DNA of 64,000 bases from Stylophora pistillata (lineage: Eukaryota): assembly GCF_002571385.2 (NCBI RefSeq), contig NW_019217789.1, forward strand, positions 740,010 to 804,009. The letters are read 5' to 3'. Within the stretch, counting starts at the first letter, position 1; each line of letters starts with the position of its first letter. The translations under genes were made by a program, and so were the position numbers. This document shows, in pieces, positions 61,638-64,000 of the stretch. A model generated the notes under the pieces. It searched no databases, was not told the origin of the DNA, and worked only from the letters and a program-made list of their open reading frames with translations.

Positions 61638-61803
61638 TAAACTCACAATTCCCCTATTCGCTCCGACGAAGGGCTAACGCTCGAAACGTCAGCTTTTGTA
61701 ATCATTACAGTGGCCAATTTACCATTTCAACTTTGTTGATATATCCAAATTATTTCGTTACTCCCACCGACGCAGCCCCAAACAGTTTCTTTCGAAACTA
61801 TCA
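61638..61803 (+). mobile_element. Penelope pLTR / retrozyme-like monomer
   Basis: Contains the hammerhead; absent from copy 1, which has ~430 unrelated bp here (~37362-37783). Confidence 0.75.
61657..61694 (+). ncRNA. Minimal type I hammerhead ribozyme (core variant)
   Basis: GCT-CCGACGA-A-GGGC-TAAC-GCTC-GAAA-CG-TC-AGC; CUGANGA box reads CCGACGA. Confidence 0.8.
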
Positions 61804-63534
61804 GCCTTTTGACTACTAGCTTGAGTGCGTAGATGCTTAAGTTTCCTTTTCCTCCTCTGCACACCATTGATGTGTTCATGGCCTATTGATTCTTTTTCTA
61901 ACTACATTTTTACCCAGTGACTGACGCAGGGTAGAATTCAACTCATAGCACATATCCTAGAGATAATCTTAGAGCCTTTCCCGAACTCCTCTATAAGTTC
62001 CACTGCAAGGACGACGTAAATCAGAAGAGGCACTCAGTAGCGCGGTAGACACCGCAGTGTAGGTTTGGTGCACAGTGCATTAGCCTTGAAAAACCAAGGT
62101 CTTACGTCGGTTTAAAGAATGGCATAGGTTCTCTGGACCAATAACAAAACAAATTGTGAGTCGGTCTATTTGACGTTGCGGGACCGACATTAATTCCTTC
62201 GTCACTATTTTCATGCCATGTCGCCTAAGTTTCTCACCTTTCCCTGTTGTTCTTGTTGTTGTTGTTTTTTTTTTATTGGCTATTGCCGATCCTTCCCAAT
62301 GCGCGATGAAAACGTCCTTCCAAGGTTTATCAGGCTTGCTGTCAGTTTATTCGTGGCGTCTTGAAAGTCTTTATAGGGTACCCGCATCGTTCTCGAGCAC
62401 CCTAAAAAATTATCAGCTCGTCACTTGCAACAGTGGTCAAGCGGGACCATCACTTTAATAAATCATCCCCACTGTTACAACTAACCACGCCTACGATGAA
62501 TTTTGTGATGTTTTGACATACTCCCCACTTCTCGTTTCTCAAATTTTCCCTATCTGACAGATCTTTCAATTTTGTGTTTAATTGCCAGTGCATTTGCGTT
62601 TTTACAAGGAAATACCGTTTGAATTTGCCTTGTTTACTAAAGTAGCAGACTCACTATGGTATTATCGGTATGTGGGTTAGGAAGTATTAATAGTGACAGT
62701 GGCTTTTTGTGATGGTTGGGATACAAGAAGGGGAGGTCATGAAATCTTCCACCGCAAATAGGAGCTCAATGTTAAACATCGAAATACAGTTAAATAGTCT
62801 TTCAGATCTCTCTATTTGAGCCGCTTACCATGAACAGTTCTAGATTTCGAAGAATCTTTGTACTTGCGAAGTAGTCGCTTAGTTTCCTAATATACTACAT
62901 TTTTTGTCATTGTTATGGATTTTACCAGAAAACTGACGGTTTGAAGATACATTAATTTCAAATTAACATCAAATATTCTAAACTAGTTTCATAGAAAACC
63001 TCTTTCAAGCAATGCTAAGTGCGCCACTTGCCCTAATCAAAAGTATACACAAATTGAGATCCTGTCGAGGGTCCTGAAAGCAGTCGTTAAAACTTTTATC
63101 GAAAAGCGGAAGAAAGCCTGTTGAGAGATACAAGCTGTAGCGAGTGTCTTTCGGGGAAAACTAGGAAATAGGAAGAAGTTTTCGCCAACATTTACTGATT
63201 TTCTCCGTAGCACTGACTTGGTTATCAAATTTGAACTCGGTTCATTTGAGCTCAAGCTATACATTCTGTCGCATTCTGTAAAAATCCTGGTTCTTTGTAA
63301 TACCTGTCACACATTACGATAACACTTTTCACAATTTGTCATAAGGAGCTGTCGCTCTATAAGATAACAGAAAATTACACTTTGTAATAAAGTAAGCTTT
63401 TGCAATTGTCACTTTGTACTAAATTTGTTCTACATGGTCGGGGGAACAAGTAAAACATCAAACGTGAACTTTATTTATACTCGAATTTTAGAGTAGCCAA
63501 CGAGCTATCTTCGAACTAAAACTACAAGTGCTCA

Positions 63535-63680
63535 AAAATCCCTATTGGCAGGAGGCAGACCAGTAGGCTATTCACAGAGCGCAGCCGAGGATTTGAACTC
63601 GGGGCAACCGAGAACAAATCCAGTGAGTGGCAGGCTGGAGGACTTGAACCCAGGACACCGGATTACAAGTCCACACCGCC
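63535..63680 (-). mobile_element. tRNA-derived SINE-like fragment
   Basis: Two reverse B-box-like motifs (GGATTTGAACTC, GGACTTGAACCC) plus GATTACAAGTC, an anticodon-arm-like segment. Confidence 0.6.
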
Positions 63681-63911
63681 CACACACAAACAAGTAGACC
63701 CAATAATAACCATCATCCTCGCCAATGATAATTTTTATAACGATTATTATAATGATTATTATGACAGCGGTAACGACGATGATAAGGATAATAATGATAA
63801 TGATAATAATAATGGAGATGGTGATGTGGGGTTATTGACGAGAATGATAATTATAATGATATGAACAGTTAAGACACTAACAATGATAATGGTGTGTCTC
63901 AACGAAGAAAC

Positions 63912-63963
63912 CAACTGCAACTGCAACTGCAACTGCAACTGCAACTGCAACTGCAACTGCAAC
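63912..63963 (+). repeat. (CAACTG)n microsatellite
   Basis: About 8 perfect units; copy 1 has only ~1-2 units at ~38992. Confidence 0.95.
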
Positions 63964-64000
63964 GTTCCGGCTGTATTCAAATGACAAGTTTCCTCGACAA

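Larger units (their letters stand above)
41389..64000 (+). repeat. Tandem segmental duplication, copy 2 (runs off the window)
   Basis: Colinear with 13889-39040, including introns and intergenic DNA; differs by indels and TE insertions. Confidence 0.93.

Noticed and set aside
63759-63980. LQ-repeat ORF, and the poly-Ile ORF at 8833-9096
   Set aside because: Translations of microsatellites.

Overview
AT-rich eukaryotic scaffold with N gaps, not prokaryotic. The repeat families look like those of a stony coral or other cnidarian (inference). The window is dominated by a tandem segmental duplication (copy 1 ~13889-41388; copy 2 41389 to beyond 64000). Each copy carries a multi-exon GABA-B-receptor-like class C GPCR gene on the + strand. 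Copy 2 is reconstructable as 15 exons (~856 aa); copy 1 lacks exons 2-9 and most of exon 10 across a single N. A third, more divergent paralog fragment is cut off at the duplication junction, next to a SINE-like tail. Comparing the copies exposes filled versus empty insertion sites. Mobile elements seen: a decayed Ty3/Gypsy element (1-3981); nested LINE fragments; a tyrosine-recombinase (DIRS/Ngaro-like) retroelement with an SGNH hydrolase ORF upstream of gag, inserted into a LINE; a Merlin/IS1595-type deletion derivative; several MITEs; and a hammerhead-ribozyme element. The most unusual feature is a ~590-bp insertion with a 13-bp TSD, made of two inverted, circularly permuted, longer-than-unit copies of a ~248-bp tRNA-like-containing unit, suggesting reverse transcription from a circular or multimeric RNA. 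All coordinates were read by eye; no database searches were run.
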